DNA of 64,000 nucleotides. It comes from Mytilus edulis. Taxonomy: Eukaryota. Positions 37,630 to 48,565 of the stretch are shown piece by piece. The notes under the pieces are model-generated. The model ran no database searches. It was given only the letters and a program-made list of their open reading frames with translations, and was not told where the DNA came from. Position numbers and translations under genes: made by a program. Where the stretch lies: the NCBI RefSeq assembly GCF_963676685.1, contig NC_092347.1:82460001-82524000 (forward strand). Direction: 5' to 3'. Within the stretch, counting starts at the first letter, position 1; each line of letters opens with the position of its first letter.

Positions 37630-38912
37630 TGACTTGTCGACTTGCTGACTATTTTTATTGAGTACTCAACGCCCCCCTACACAACATCCTGACTTAATGA
37701 CAAATAATCTATGGATAACATGAAACATCTGCTTACCTGTCGACCTGTCGTCCTGCTGACCTGTCGACTTGCTGACCTGTCGACCTGTCTATTTGTATTG
37801 CTGACTATTTTTATTGAGTACTCAACTTCCCCCTACACAACATCCCGACTTAATGACAAATAATCTATGGATAACATGTAACATCTGCTTACCTGTCTAC
37901 CTGTCGTCCTGCTGACCTGTCGACCTGTCTATTTGTATTGCTGACTATTTTTATTGAGTACTCAACTTCCCCCTACACAACATCCTGACTTAATGACAAA
38001 TAATCTATGGATAACATGAAACATCTGCTTACCTGTCTACCTGTCGTCCTGCTGACCTGTCGACCTGTCGACCTGTCTATTTGTATTGCTGACTATTTTT
38101 ATTGAGTACTCAACTTCCCCCTACACAACACCCCGACTTAATGACAAATAATCTATGGATAACATGAAACATCTGCTTACCTGTCTACCTGTCGTCCTGC
38201 TGACCTGTCGACCTGTCGACCTGTCGACCTGTCGACCTGTCTATTTGTATTGCTGACTATTTTTATTGAGTACTCAACTTCCCCCTACACAACATCCTGA
38301 CTTAATGACAAATAATCTATGGATAACATGAAACATCTGCTTACCTGTCTACCTGTCGTCCTGCTGACCTGTCGACCTGTCTATTTGTATTGCTGACTAT
38401 TTTTATTGAGTACTCAACTTCCCCCTACACAACATCCTGACTTAATGACAAATAATCTATGGATAACATGAAACATCTGCTTACCTGTCGACCTGTCGTC
38501 CTGGTGACCTGTCGACCTGTCTACCTGTCGACTATTTTATTGAGTACTCAACTTCCCCCTACACAACATCCTGACTTAATGACAAATAATCTATGGATAA
38601 CATGAAACATCTGCTTACCTGTCGACCTGTCGTCCTGCTGACCTGTCTACCTGCTGACCTGTCGACCTGTCGAATTGCTGACCTGTCTACCTGCTGACCT
38701 GTCGACCTGTCGTCCTGATGACTTGTCGACCTGCTGACCTGTCGACCTGTCTACCCGTCGACCTGCTGACCTGTCTACCTGTCTACCTGCTGACCTGTCT
38801 ACCCGTCGACCTGCTGACCTGTCTCCCTGCTGACCTGTTTACCTGTCTACCTGCTGACAGGTCGACCTGCTGACCTGTCGACCTGCTGACTATTTAATTG
38901 AGTATCCAACAT
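37630..38912. repeat. Merlin right subterminal composite tandem array: 7 units of ~135-165 bp with variable (ACCTGTCG/ACCTGCTG)n tracts
   Basis: actatttttattgagtactcaac at ~37648, 37804, 37944, 38093, 38256, 38396, 38531; long 8-mer tract ~38617-38890, inverted relative to the left array. Confidence 0.9.
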
Positions 38913-39063
38913 ATTTAATGTTTCAGCGAATGAATATTTCGATTATGCCGGAACTAGGCCTTCAGATTGTTGCGCGCCTAAACATATTTAAAGTTTTGGC
39001 GTATGAATATTTCGAATATTGCCGGAACTACTTAAACGTATTCTATACTTGGGCCAGGGAGGT

Positions 39064-39429
39064 TGGGATACCGCTAGGCAATATGATGCTAATCCTATTG
39101 CATCTGACTCCGAGGATGAAGCAAAGATTATCCGAGCTGACAATAGAGCTGTCCGCAAGAAGAAAGGGAAGTCCAAGCAGGTTAGAGGTAATGGTTCCAA
39201 AACTAAGGCTAGTAACCAGTCTCTATTAGGACAGGCTCCCAACTTCGTTCCGCAGCCCTTTCGTGGGCCTCAGCAACCTTGGTTCAATGGAATTCCCCTT
39301 CAGCAAGGTTTCAACGCTGGAAAGATGCAGAGGGGACAATGCTACTCTTGTGGGTCTTACGCACACTACAGGTTCAGCTGTCCATATGTCAACAGCAGTA
39401 AACCAGCAACCCAAACCAGGCCCCAGTGA
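39064..39429 (+). pseudogene. DIRS gag-like ORF1, 3' part (121 aa) with CCHC zinc knuckle
   Basis: WDTARQYDANPIASDSEDEAKI...CYSCGSYAHYRFSC; reconstructed gag 248 aa. Confidence 0.9.
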
Positions 39430-41452
39430 ATTTTTAAAAGATGAGTATTTTAATTATCTTGAACTTTCACATGACAATTTAGTAGATAATCATATTGATG
39501 GCAATTTGACCAATAATTATTTTGAATACGAACTAGGTCAATCTGATATAATTGTGAAAGGTAGACTTAGAAAAAACATTCAATTTTGGATAGATATTGG
39601 TGCTCCTAAATTTATTATAGATACTATTAGACATGGTTTTATTTTACCTTTCTATTCCAATCCTATATCGACTTGTTTATCTAATAATTTATCAGCTTTG
39701 AATAATGCAGATTTTGTAAAATCGGCTATTAACGATTTATTAGCTAGAGGTTTAATTGTGGAGACATTAGATATTCCATTTGTTGTGAATCCTTTAACTG
39801 TTGCTGTTCAGTCAAACAACAAAAAACGGTTAATTTTAGATTTGAGAGAAATTAACAGACATTTATGGAAGCAGAGTGTAAAATTTGAAGATATGCGTAT
39901 TGCAAAACATTATATTAATGCACATTCATATATTTTTAAGTATGATGTTCATTCTGCATATCATAACGTCGATATCTTCCCGCCTCACACTAAATATCTA
40001 GGTTTTGCATGGGAATTAAACGGTGTTAAAAAATATTTCAAATTTCTGGTATTACCGTTTGGTCTCAGTACGGCTTGTTACATATTTACCAAACTAACTA
40101 GACCACTTATTAAAAAGTGGAGAGGAGAAGGCAAGCAGATTATTATGTACTTGGACGATGGGCTTGGTGTACATGATGATAAGGAAGTGTGTACTCAAAT
40201 GTCTATACAGGTTAAAAAAGACATAATTAGTAGCGGTTTTGTACCGAAAGCCGAAAAGTCTATGTGGACACCTACTAAAAATCTAACTTTTTTAGGTACT
40301 CATATTGATACAGATAAAGGCATTTTTACTATCCCTGACAATCGTATTGATAAGATTATGAGTACCATTTCAGATATTGATTTGTGTTTATCCAAAAGTG
40401 GTAAAGTATTTGTAAGGAAGGTAGCTTCCTTGGTAGGACAGATTACATCTACGTCTCCCGTTATAGGCAATATAGTATATTTAATGACTAAACATTTGTC
40501 TATTGACATTAATAGTGTTCATTCATGGAACAGTTATATACATTTATCTGTAGACAGTATTGATCAAATTAATTTTTGGAGGTTTAATTTACATGAAGCC
40601 AATGTTAAACCTTTTAATTGGCAGACTATTGTATATAGTGATGCAAGTAATACGGGTTACGGTGGTTATATCGTGGAAAACCCATATAATATTGCTCATG
40701 GTACGTGGTTAGAATCTGAAGTTTCTACTAGTTCTACATGGAAGGAGTTGACTGCGGTGAAAAATGTATTTTTGTCGCTTATAAACTTTTTAAATGGCAA
40801 GAATGTAAAATGGTTTACTGACAATCAAAATGTTGTTAGCATTGTTAGTAAAGGGAGCACTAAATCAGTTCTGCAAAAGTTAGCTTTAGACATTTTTAGC
40901 ACATGTATTAAACACAATGTTAATATAGATATGGTATGGATCCCACGTACTGAGAACGAGAGAGCTGATTATCTAAGTAGAATTATTGATTCAGATGATT
41001 GGGCTATTTCTGAATTTGTATTTCAGATAGTTGAATCCCTTTGGGGACCTCACGAGGTTGATTGGTTTGCCTCTGACGACAATTTTAAATTGCACGTTTT
41101 TTATTCCAGATTTTGGAATGTGAATTCATCAGGTGTTGATGCGTTCACGGTTGATTGGCGAGGGATCAACGGGTTATTTGTTCCACCTGTTTCTTTGATC
41201 CCACGTGTATTGATGTATATGCGGCAGTGTAAAGCTGTTGGTACTTTAATTTTACCTTACTGGCCCTCTGCCAGTTTTTGGCCAATGCTTTGTCCTTTTG
41301 GTGATGGGTTTATTTCTGAGGTGATAAATTTTATAGATCTTCCTACTTACAAAAATGCTTATGTAGCTGGTAAGAGTAAGAAGGCCATATTTGGCAATGT
41401 TGATTTAACTTTTCGCATGTTAGCATTACGGATGGATTTTTCATCCAGTTAG
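39263..41452 (+). CDS. DIRS pol: reverse transcriptase + RNase H + Dam-methyltransferase-like domain
   Basis: KRLILDLR, LPFGL, YLDD, YSDASNTGYGG, WKEL, TDNQ, NERADYLSR, WGPHEVDWFAS...DAF...PP; overlaps the gag 3' end. Confidence 0.95.
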   Translation: MGLSNLGSMEFPFSKVSTLERCRGDNATLVGLTHTTGSAVHMSTAVNQQPKPGPSEFLKDEYFNYLELSHDNLVDNHIDGNLTNNYFEYELGQSDIIVKGRLRKNIQFWIDIGAPKFIIDTIRHGFILPFYSNPISTCLSNNLSALNNADFVKSAINDLLARGLIVETLDIPFVVNPLTVAVQSNNKKRLILDLREINRHLWKQSVKFEDMRIAKHYINAHSYIFKYDVHSAYHNVDIFPPHTKYLGFAWELNGVKKYFKFLVLPFGLSTACYIFTKLTRPLIKKWRGEGKQIIMYLDDGLGVHDDKEVCTQMSIQVKKDIISSGFVPKAEKSMWTPTKNLTFLGTHIDTDKGIFTIPDNRIDKIMSTISDIDLCLSKSGKVFVRKVASLVGQITSTSPVIGNIVYLMTKHLSIDINSVHSWNSYIHLSVDSIDQINFWRFNLHEANVKPFNWQTIVYSDASNTGYGGYIVENPYNIAHGTWLESEVSTSSTWKELTAVKNVFLSLINFLNGKNVKWFTDNQNVVSIVSKGSTKSVLQKLALDIFSTCIKHNVNIDMVWIPRTENERADYLSRIIDSDDWAISEFVFQIVESLWGPHEVDWFASDDNFKLHVFYSRFWNVNSSGVDAFTVDWRGINGLFVPPVSLIPRVLMYMRQCKAVGTLILPYWPSASFWPMLCPFGDGFISEVINFIDLPTYKNAYVAGKSKKAIFGNVDLTFRMLALRMDFSSS

Positions 41453-41654
41453 CTCATTTTGATGTGAGCATGTATTATAGATCTCTCTTGATCTTTTCTT
41501 ATAGAATGTTGTTTAACATGAATTTCTTGTGTGTTTGTGTTGACAGTGGCGAATATTACAGTGACATTTAGATTGTAGTATTAAGATGATTGTAATGATT
41601 TTAAATGATTTTCATTATTAATGTTTCCTTTCAATTACACATATATTTTTGCAG

Positions 41655-42653
41655 GCATTCGCTGGAGAATTGCAGAATCTACCTGTCTCTTTACTTAGTA
41701 AAGTGAATTTACTTCCAGAATTACTTTCGGAATCTCGAGCACCATCTACAACAAAAGGGTATTATCAAAGTTTTTTACGATGGAAAAAATGGGCTATATT
41801 GAACGGAATTGAAAATTGTGATATTCTACCAGCTAAAGCTTTTCACGTAGCTATATATTTAGCTTCTCTGACACAGTCGAGCAATACTGCTAGTCCAGTT
41901 GTTCAGGCGTTTTATTCTTTAAAGTGGATACATTCACTAATTGGATCTTTATGTTCACCGACTGATTCGTCTTTAGTTATTAATGTGTTAGAAGGTGCGA
42001 AACGCAGTTTGGCTACTCCTACGAATAAAAAGGAACCTATTTCGGTGGAATTGCTGCATAAAATGTATGATGCCATGTTTTCTTTTGGTAACTTGTATAA
42101 TCAACGTATAATTTGTGCGTGTTTCACTGCATTTGCTGGTTTTTTAAGAGTTTCTGAGATGCTTAATATTAGAAGAAGTGATATAGTTATTTTAGAGTGT
42201 TATATGTCAATTCTAATACAACATAGTAAAACAGATGTATATAGAGATGGAAATTCAGTATTAATCGCTCGTACACATTCAAATAAGTGTCCCGTTAAAA
42301 ACATGGAATTATATTTGCAGTGGGCTGATATTTCATGTGATTCTGATGAGTTTATTTTTCGAAATCTAACAAAATGTAAAGATGCCTATGTTTTGCGTAA
42401 AGAAAATACCCCTTTGTCGTATTCAAGGATGCGTGAGCTCTTTATTGAGGCTTTCAAGCCTTTTGTTCATAACATAAAGCGATATGGATTGCACAGTTTG
42501 AGGTCTGGGGGTGCTAGTGTTTGTGCTAATTTGGGTTTACCAGACCGCCTTTTTAAGAGGCACGGTAGATGGCGTTCTGAAACGGCCAAAGATGGTTATG
42601 TTAAGGACTCGTTAGAAGATTTGCTTAAAGTCTCCAAAAATTTAGGGTTATAG
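41655..42653 (+). CDS. DIRS tyrosine recombinase (no ATG; preceded by a splice-acceptor-like site)
   Basis: FLRVSE, HSKTD, HSLRSGG, RHGRW and DGYV give the R-K-H-R-H-Y catalytic set; tttttgcag at 41646-41654. Confidence 0.93.
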   Translation, partial: AFAGELQNLPVSLLSKVNLLPELLSESRAPSTTKGYYQSFLRWKKWAILNGIENCDILPAKAFHVAIYLASLTQSSNTASPVVQAFYSLKWIHSLIGSLCSPTDSSLVINVLEGAKRSLATPTNKKEPISVELLHKMYDAMFSFGNLYNQRIICACFTAFAGFLRVSEMLNIRRSDIVILECYMSILIQHSKTDVYRDGNSVLIARTHSNKCPVKNMELYLQWADISCDSDEFIFRNLTKCKDAYVLRKENTPLSYSRMRELFIEAFKPFVHNIKRYGLHSLRSGGASVCANLGLPDRLFKRHGRWRSETAKDGYVKDSLEDLLKVSKNLGL

Positions 42654-42731
42654 ATTTATTGCTTGAATTTTGAATTCTTTTATTGCATGATATAAAACTT
42701 TCTTTAAAATTTTCCCGTTCTTTGTGTTTCG

Positions 42732-42988
42732 GCCATCGGCTCTGTCGTGTGGTATTGCACTTTACTATTTCTTGTTATTATTATTATGAGAATAATATGT
42801 GGTTTTGATATATGGGTATTAACGGAAGAAGAAATATAATTTCAATCGTTTGAATTTATGAATTAGTATGAAATTATTTTCTTCTGAATTGTCTGCCCAT
42901 AGGTGGCGTTTTTAGGTTATGTGTTTCATCTGATTTGGCGGTTAAATCATTCGGCACGACAGGGTCCACTCGATCGGTCACGTTTATT
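42732..42988 (+). repeat. Internal B1-A2 junction of the split direct repeats
   Basis: B1 ends ...ggaagaagaa and overlaps the A2 start aatataat by one A at 42833. Confidence 0.95.
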
Positions 42989-43155
42989 TTTTAATACTAC
43001 GGTTTTCATAGATTTTGTATCATGCATTAAGAGATTATTTTGCTTTACATGTGTGGGTTCACTGAATGAACTATTTACATATTTATACGAGGACATTATA
43101 AAGATGTTTATATTATGTACATGAGATATATTATTATTAAATGGTAATTAAACCA

Positions 43156-43257
43156 GCCATCGGCTCTGTCGTGTGGTATTGCACTTTACTATTTCTTGTT
43201 ATTATTATTATGAGAATAATATGTGGTTTTGATATATGGGTATTAACGGAAGAAGAA
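43156..43257 (+). repeat. Split direct repeat B2 (element 3' end)
   Basis: Identical by eye to 42732-42833. Confidence 0.95.
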
Positions 43258-43409
43258 TCCAAATAACTTAAAGGGTTGTCATAGCATCTGATGATTCTAT
43301 TCCACCGAATAGTTTGTCGCCTTCGCAAGTGCATGATGACGGCAGACTTGTTTGTTTATGGGCTAGGACATCATATTAAAAGCTACTAGTATTATAAAAG
43401 TGAAAATGG

Positions 43410-43737
43410 TCGAACTCATAAATCGAAAATAAACTGACAACGCCATGGTGAACCATGAAAAAGACAAACAATAGTTCACATGATACAACATATATAGAAA
43501 ACTAAAGAATAAGCAACACGAACCTTACCAAAAACTGGGGGTGAACTCAGGTGCTCCGGAAGAATGAGCAGATCCTGTTCCACATTTGGCACCCGTCGTG
43601 TTGCTCATGTTATAACAAATCCGGTAAATAGTCTAATTCGGTATGTCACATTCATGAAAAGGAAGGGGATTGTAGTTACGACGTAAGGAAAGTATCCGAT
43701 ATCATCTGTGAAATGGTTATTCCATAACGGTCAACCA
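43410..43737 (-). mobile_element. Penelope-like 3' fragment
   Basis: Homologous to 12950-13280. Confidence 0.7.
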
Positions 43738-43909
43738 ACCTAAAGTTGGGACCAAAATTTAAACATATCCTAGATCAGATCTTTTCGATAACACGGCAGA
43801 AGGGCAAAAAATCTCATCAGATTATCTTGGGACATATCTTTGTCCGAAGACATCTTCGATGACACGGCCCCAGAGTTATTTAAATGAAGTGGTAGTAGGC
43901 AAGAGTTTA

Positions 43910-44360
43910 GAATGAAATTCAAAACAGTGTGGCTGTGGCCATTGATTGACACATTAAATTCATCCATTCACTGGGACAATTTAGGTGAACGTTTGTATGT
44001 AACGACCACTGCTCACTATGTACTTTTTAAAGACACTTAAACTATGGGGTCACCAAAGGTTCTCAACACCTTAATAAAGTAATTCGAAAAATTAATCAGA
44101 AATAACACGATGTTTTGATTTATATCAATTATATAAATCAAAACATACAGGTTATTCCTGATTAATTTTTCGAATTATTTTATAATTAAAGGCGTTAAGA
44201 AACCTTTAGTGACCCCACAGTTTTTATTTAAAAATGTATATCGTAGGTACGTCGTGAACAGTGGTCGTTACATACAAACGTTCACGTAAATTGTCCCAGT
44301 CAATGGATGAATTTAATGTGTCAATCAATGGCCACAGCCACACTGTTTTGAATTTCATTC
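43910..44360. mobile_element. Fold-back MITE, second copy
   Basis: Near-identical to 803-1244; TA at 43908-43909 and 44361-44362. Confidence 0.85.
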
Positions 44361-45101
44361 TATGAACCCCTCTTTTTAAAAATGCCATTTGGTTTGATTA
44401 CGGGAGAAGATTATGTGTGCCAATTTTCATAAAAACGTAAATAGTGCATTTTTTTTAAATTTGATAAATATACAGCAACAAACAATGTTTTTATCTACAT
44501 TCATGAACATTTGATAAATATGAGTTATTTTTTAATACAAAATGTGTAACTTTTAAGATACTTATATCCGGCCACGTCCACTCTGTGTTTTCGTTAAATA
44601 TATTTCTATTTGTATCCATCTGATGAGTTAAAGTAAAGCCTTTTTCAACTGACTTTTATAGTTCGTTCTTATGTTGTACTGTTTCACCACTATTCTACGT
44701 CAGGGGAGGATTGGGTGTCCGCAAGCATGTTTAAACCCGCCACATTCTGTACTTAGTCAGGATGATGTACATTTTGTACATGTATATTACATGTATAGTA
44801 GTTATTGTGTGTTACTGTAACAGTGGTCAAATGAGTTTTTTTTTTATAGTTATTTCAACTCTTTTACTATTCTGTTGTGCCACTGTCCCATGTTTTTTGT
44901 TCAGTATTTTGTACCTAAATTAAGTCGTTAGTTTTCTCGTTTGAATTTTACATTTGTCCTTTTAAGGCCTTTTATAGCTGACTATGCGATATAACCTTTC
45001 TCAGTGTTTGAGGCTGTATAGTGACCTGTACTGGAAATATTATTTTATGTTATTTGGTCTCTTGCGAATAGTTGTCTCATTGGCAATCATACCACATCTT
45101 T

Positions 45102-45378
45102 TGTTATGCCCCACATACCATAGTAGAGGGGCATTATGTTTTCTGGTCTGTGCCTCCGTTCGTTCGTTCGTCCCGCTTCAGTTAAAGTTTTTGGGCAAGG
45201 TAGTTTTTGATAAAGTTGAAGTCCAATCAACTTGAAACTTGGTTCACATGTTCTCTATGATATGATCTTTCTAATTTTAATGCCAAATTAAAGTATTGAC
45301 CCCAATTTCACAGTCCACTGAACATGTAAAATGATAGTGCGAGTGGGACATCCGTGTACTATGGAAACATTCTTGTTT
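45102..45378 (+). mobile_element. Short Helentron-associated (HINE-like) element
   Basis: ttatgcccc...ggggcattatg 5' inverted motif, (gttc)n microsatellite, 3' hairpin then cttgttt; related reverse fragment at ~3900-4085. Confidence 0.6.
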
Positions 45379-45561
45379 ATATATAAAACAGTCAGAGAAA
45401 TCTTTACCGTACAGTAGGCTTCAAAAGCCCCTCCTTTTCCCCGAATTAAAACATGTAAAACAATTCAATCGAGATAACTTGCGATCTAATTTATTTGATT
45501 CTGCCATTTGATAATGGACTTTCTGATTTGAATTTTCCTTGGTATTTTTTTTATATATTAA

Positions 45562-45833
45562 GGTGGTACCCAACACTTTCACTAAAATTAATTTGGCTCG
45601 TTTAATTTTCATAAAATTTTGACAAAGTATTTACTTTGACCCTTTGACAAAAATATAAAAATTTCAAAAAATTTGAACCAACCATTTTATCAGGAAAATT
45701 ACACTGGTCATATAGCAGTTTGACAAACACTAATTTTGATCATTGAGAAGCTTATATTCCCTTAACAACACAGGGTAATTAAAACGTTATGATGATTTTA
45801 CAGAGTTATCTCCCTGTAGTGTTAGGTACCACC
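45562..45833. mobile_element. Kolobok-like MITE (272 bp)
   Basis: TTAA at 45558-45561 and 45834-45837; TIR GGTGGTACC(C/T)AACACT. Confidence 0.85.
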
Positions 45834-48409
45834 TTAATTTTTATTACAAACAAATAAATACAATAAAACAAATACGACTACAATGAACCAATGATAACCA
45901 TATTGAACTACATGCTCCTGACTTGGAACAGGCACATAAAAAATGCGGCGAGGTTAAAATGTCTTGGATAAGGATGTAAAAACTTCAAATAAGAATTATT
46001 TTTTCAAATGATTGAGCATTATATATAGAGTATGGACAATGGCGAATACACAGCAAAATAATCTCTCCTCTATAAAGATACTAGTATATCGGTATTTCCG
46101 TGTACGACGCAAACTCGCCGCTCAGAGAACGAGAAAAAAAATCAATAAAAGTTAGTATGGAAACGTTACCGGACACCTGCAAGACAAGTCTTGGGATACC
46201 TATGCCATATATAATCAAATACTGTACCAGAAGCAATGTCAAATATCAATGTTGAAGTTAGTTGTTGACAGTTTGCAGCTAGAATGGTTTTCAAACACAA
46301 GAATTGGAGAACCTGCAAGAGATTGTTCTGTGCTGGTGTTGAAGCTTTTGGTTATTACCTTAAAAACTATCAAAGTTACAGAGAAACCGTCGATAGAAAA
46401 GATTATCAAACCAGTAAGATTTCCGAATAAGTCAAATGGCTATTATCATGATTATAGTCAGTTGACTCCTCCTTAGATTCTGTTACCAACATAACCTTGA
46501 GTTTACCTTGTCATTGTGATTGAACGTACGATCTCCGTACTCAAGGCGAGCACAGTAACCTCGAGATAAATGAGGAGATAAAATATAGATCTATAAATCA
46601 ATAAAATTGCATGCCTTTTAAAGTAATGCATCATCAATTTGGTGTTTTCAAATAATTTAAAGAAAGTTGCAATGCCAATAACTCAATACATAAATTTGAG
46701 TTACTTTTCTTTGTACATACTCAATACCATACCATATTTCAAAATATGTTTTCATTCAACTATATTTAGAGTTTTGATTTAGTATATACAAAGTTCCTAA
46801 CATTCTGATTCTAATGTTAGAGCTATTTTTTTTTACATCTGCTTTTCTCCATTGGGAGTACTTTTTAAAATAATAGCGAGACCGAGCAAAAAATGCATTT
46901 ATATCTGACGGTGTGTTTTATGATATCGGACATACGAACTTTCTATATTTGATGTCTAAAATTTCTTGCACTTTCTTTTATTTCCTTTTACTTGTAATTC
47001 ACTACCTGTTTCAAAAACATGTGAAAAATGTATCATGAAAAATTACGCCAGCTAGTACATTTCTTCCTTGCCATTTCAAATGACAAAAACTGGAATTTTA
47101 AAATCAGAGACAAATTTAAAAAGTGGTAATTTAGAACGATATTATAGAGACACGTTGAAAACAGTTTTAAGAAATAAAAGAAAATTATCTGTCATTCTGT
47201 GGTAAATGACTATATATTGCCAAATAAAATGAAAACTTGATAAACAGACAGTTTAAAAACTCATTCAGACTAAATCATGACACGAGTTGAACATGCCAAC
47301 GTCATACAGAAATTGCACCACAATCAGTACCGATACTGGAAGAAACTAACATTAACGAGTATAAAAAAGAACTTGTTTTTGTTGTCCGATTTTCTTAATA
47401 ATCAATTAAAACGAAGAGCATGTACCTATTTAGGCTAAGCCCTAAATATCTTATACTGGAGTCCGTTGTAGATTCAGATTTAATGTTATGTTATCAAAGT
47501 CTCACCACTTGTATTAATAATTCAAATTTTGATGGCTATAATAATTTTTCTAGTCAATATAAAAGAGGGACGAAAGATACCAAAGGGACAGTCAAACTCA
47601 TAAATCTAAAACAAACTGACAACGCCATGGCTAAAAATGAAAAAGACAAACAGAAAAACAATAGTACACATGACACAACATAGAAAACTAAAGAATAAAC
47701 AACACGAACCCCATATAAGCTATCTGTGATTCTTGGGAGAGTAATCAACATGCGTTTGCGTGCGAAATCTGCAGAGACTTTTAAATAGACGTCGTAGATT
47801 TTCATATACATGTGGATATTTTTCTTTCTTTTCCATTCATCTTTTTAAATGTCTTGCATAACTTGTTAGATTATAGTCTTGTAATTCTATATAAATGGCT
47901 TGTGTAAATTTGCAATTTATTTCAATTAATGTATTATACATTTGTTTGTTGAAGGTGAGACTTTAAGTCTTTATCGAAGAGTGATAATCTTTTAATATTT
48001 GTTTTTATCAATTCTTGTCCCGGACATGTATAATTTCAAAAACCTTAATCCGTTTTCCAATCAATGTCTATTGTTACGGTTAAATTGCTATTGTATGTTA
48101 TGAAAACTTTCTCAGTTTTATTATTACATGTACTACACTCAACTTTGTTTGGCATTGTCTTTCTTTATAGTTTGTTAACTGAGAGCCATTATGATACCAT
48201 CCATTATTTGAAAGTGAAAATAACATCTCATACAGCAATTCGGTGTTTAATTGTTATCACTCCACTAGTCTGTGAGTTGGTTCTGACAGTGGATTTGTAT
48301 TCTATAAGCAGACAAGCAATTATTTTCGGTAACTGCCTTGTTTTTCGGATCTTCGTCTTTTTTCGAAACAGAACCTACGACAATTCGTTTCATTTCCTAA
48401 ACCACCAAC

Positions 48410-48565
48410 GTTGTAGCAATGGCACGAAGAGAGAGCAATATCTCTTGCACGTTAAAGACACCCTTGTAGATTTCGAAAAAGAGCAGGCTAATGCCGCTAC
48501 AAGGCTGCACTCGCACCCTCAAAGTGGAAAGGGATTAATATAAGTTGCAAAACTTGTTCCCCAAT
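48410..48565 (+). mobile_element. SINE fragment (Meta-domain-like central region)
   Basis: atatctcttgcacgttaaagacacccttgtagatttcgaaaaagagcaggct also occurs inverted at 56246-56297. Confidence 0.55.

Larger units (their letters stand above)
29693..39055. mobile_element. Large Merlin (ISXO2/IS1595-like) DNA transposon, 9363 bp, with two genes
   Basis: TIR GGATCAAGTATAGAATACGT vs GGCCCAAGTATAGAATACGT (18/20); 8-bp TSD AGGGAGGT at 29685-29692 and 39056-39063; removal restores the gag frame; encodes an ISXO2-type transposase. Confidence 0.95.
29112..43257 (+). mobile_element. PAT/DIRS-like tyrosine-recombinase retrotransposon with split direct repeats (4775 bp once the Merlin insertion and one TSD copy are removed)
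   Basis: A1 29112-29267 = A2 42833-42988 (156 bp); B1 42732-42833 = B2 43156-43257 (102 bp); order A1-gag-RT/RNaseH/MT-YR-B1A2-spacer-B2; no TSD. Confidence 0.95.

Noticed and set aside
37630-38912. Repeat/spacer-like periodicity resembling a CRISPR array
   Set aside because: The variable parts are 8-mer microsatellite tracts rather than unique spacers, the context is eukaryotic and there are no cas genes.
44615-44650. CTGATGA as another hammerhead core
   Set aside because: No stem II followed by GAAA; part of a SINE-like repeat.
48064-48543. 159-aa ORF (and 132-aa ORF 56086-56484)
   Set aside because: They run through SINE sequence and resemble no protein family.
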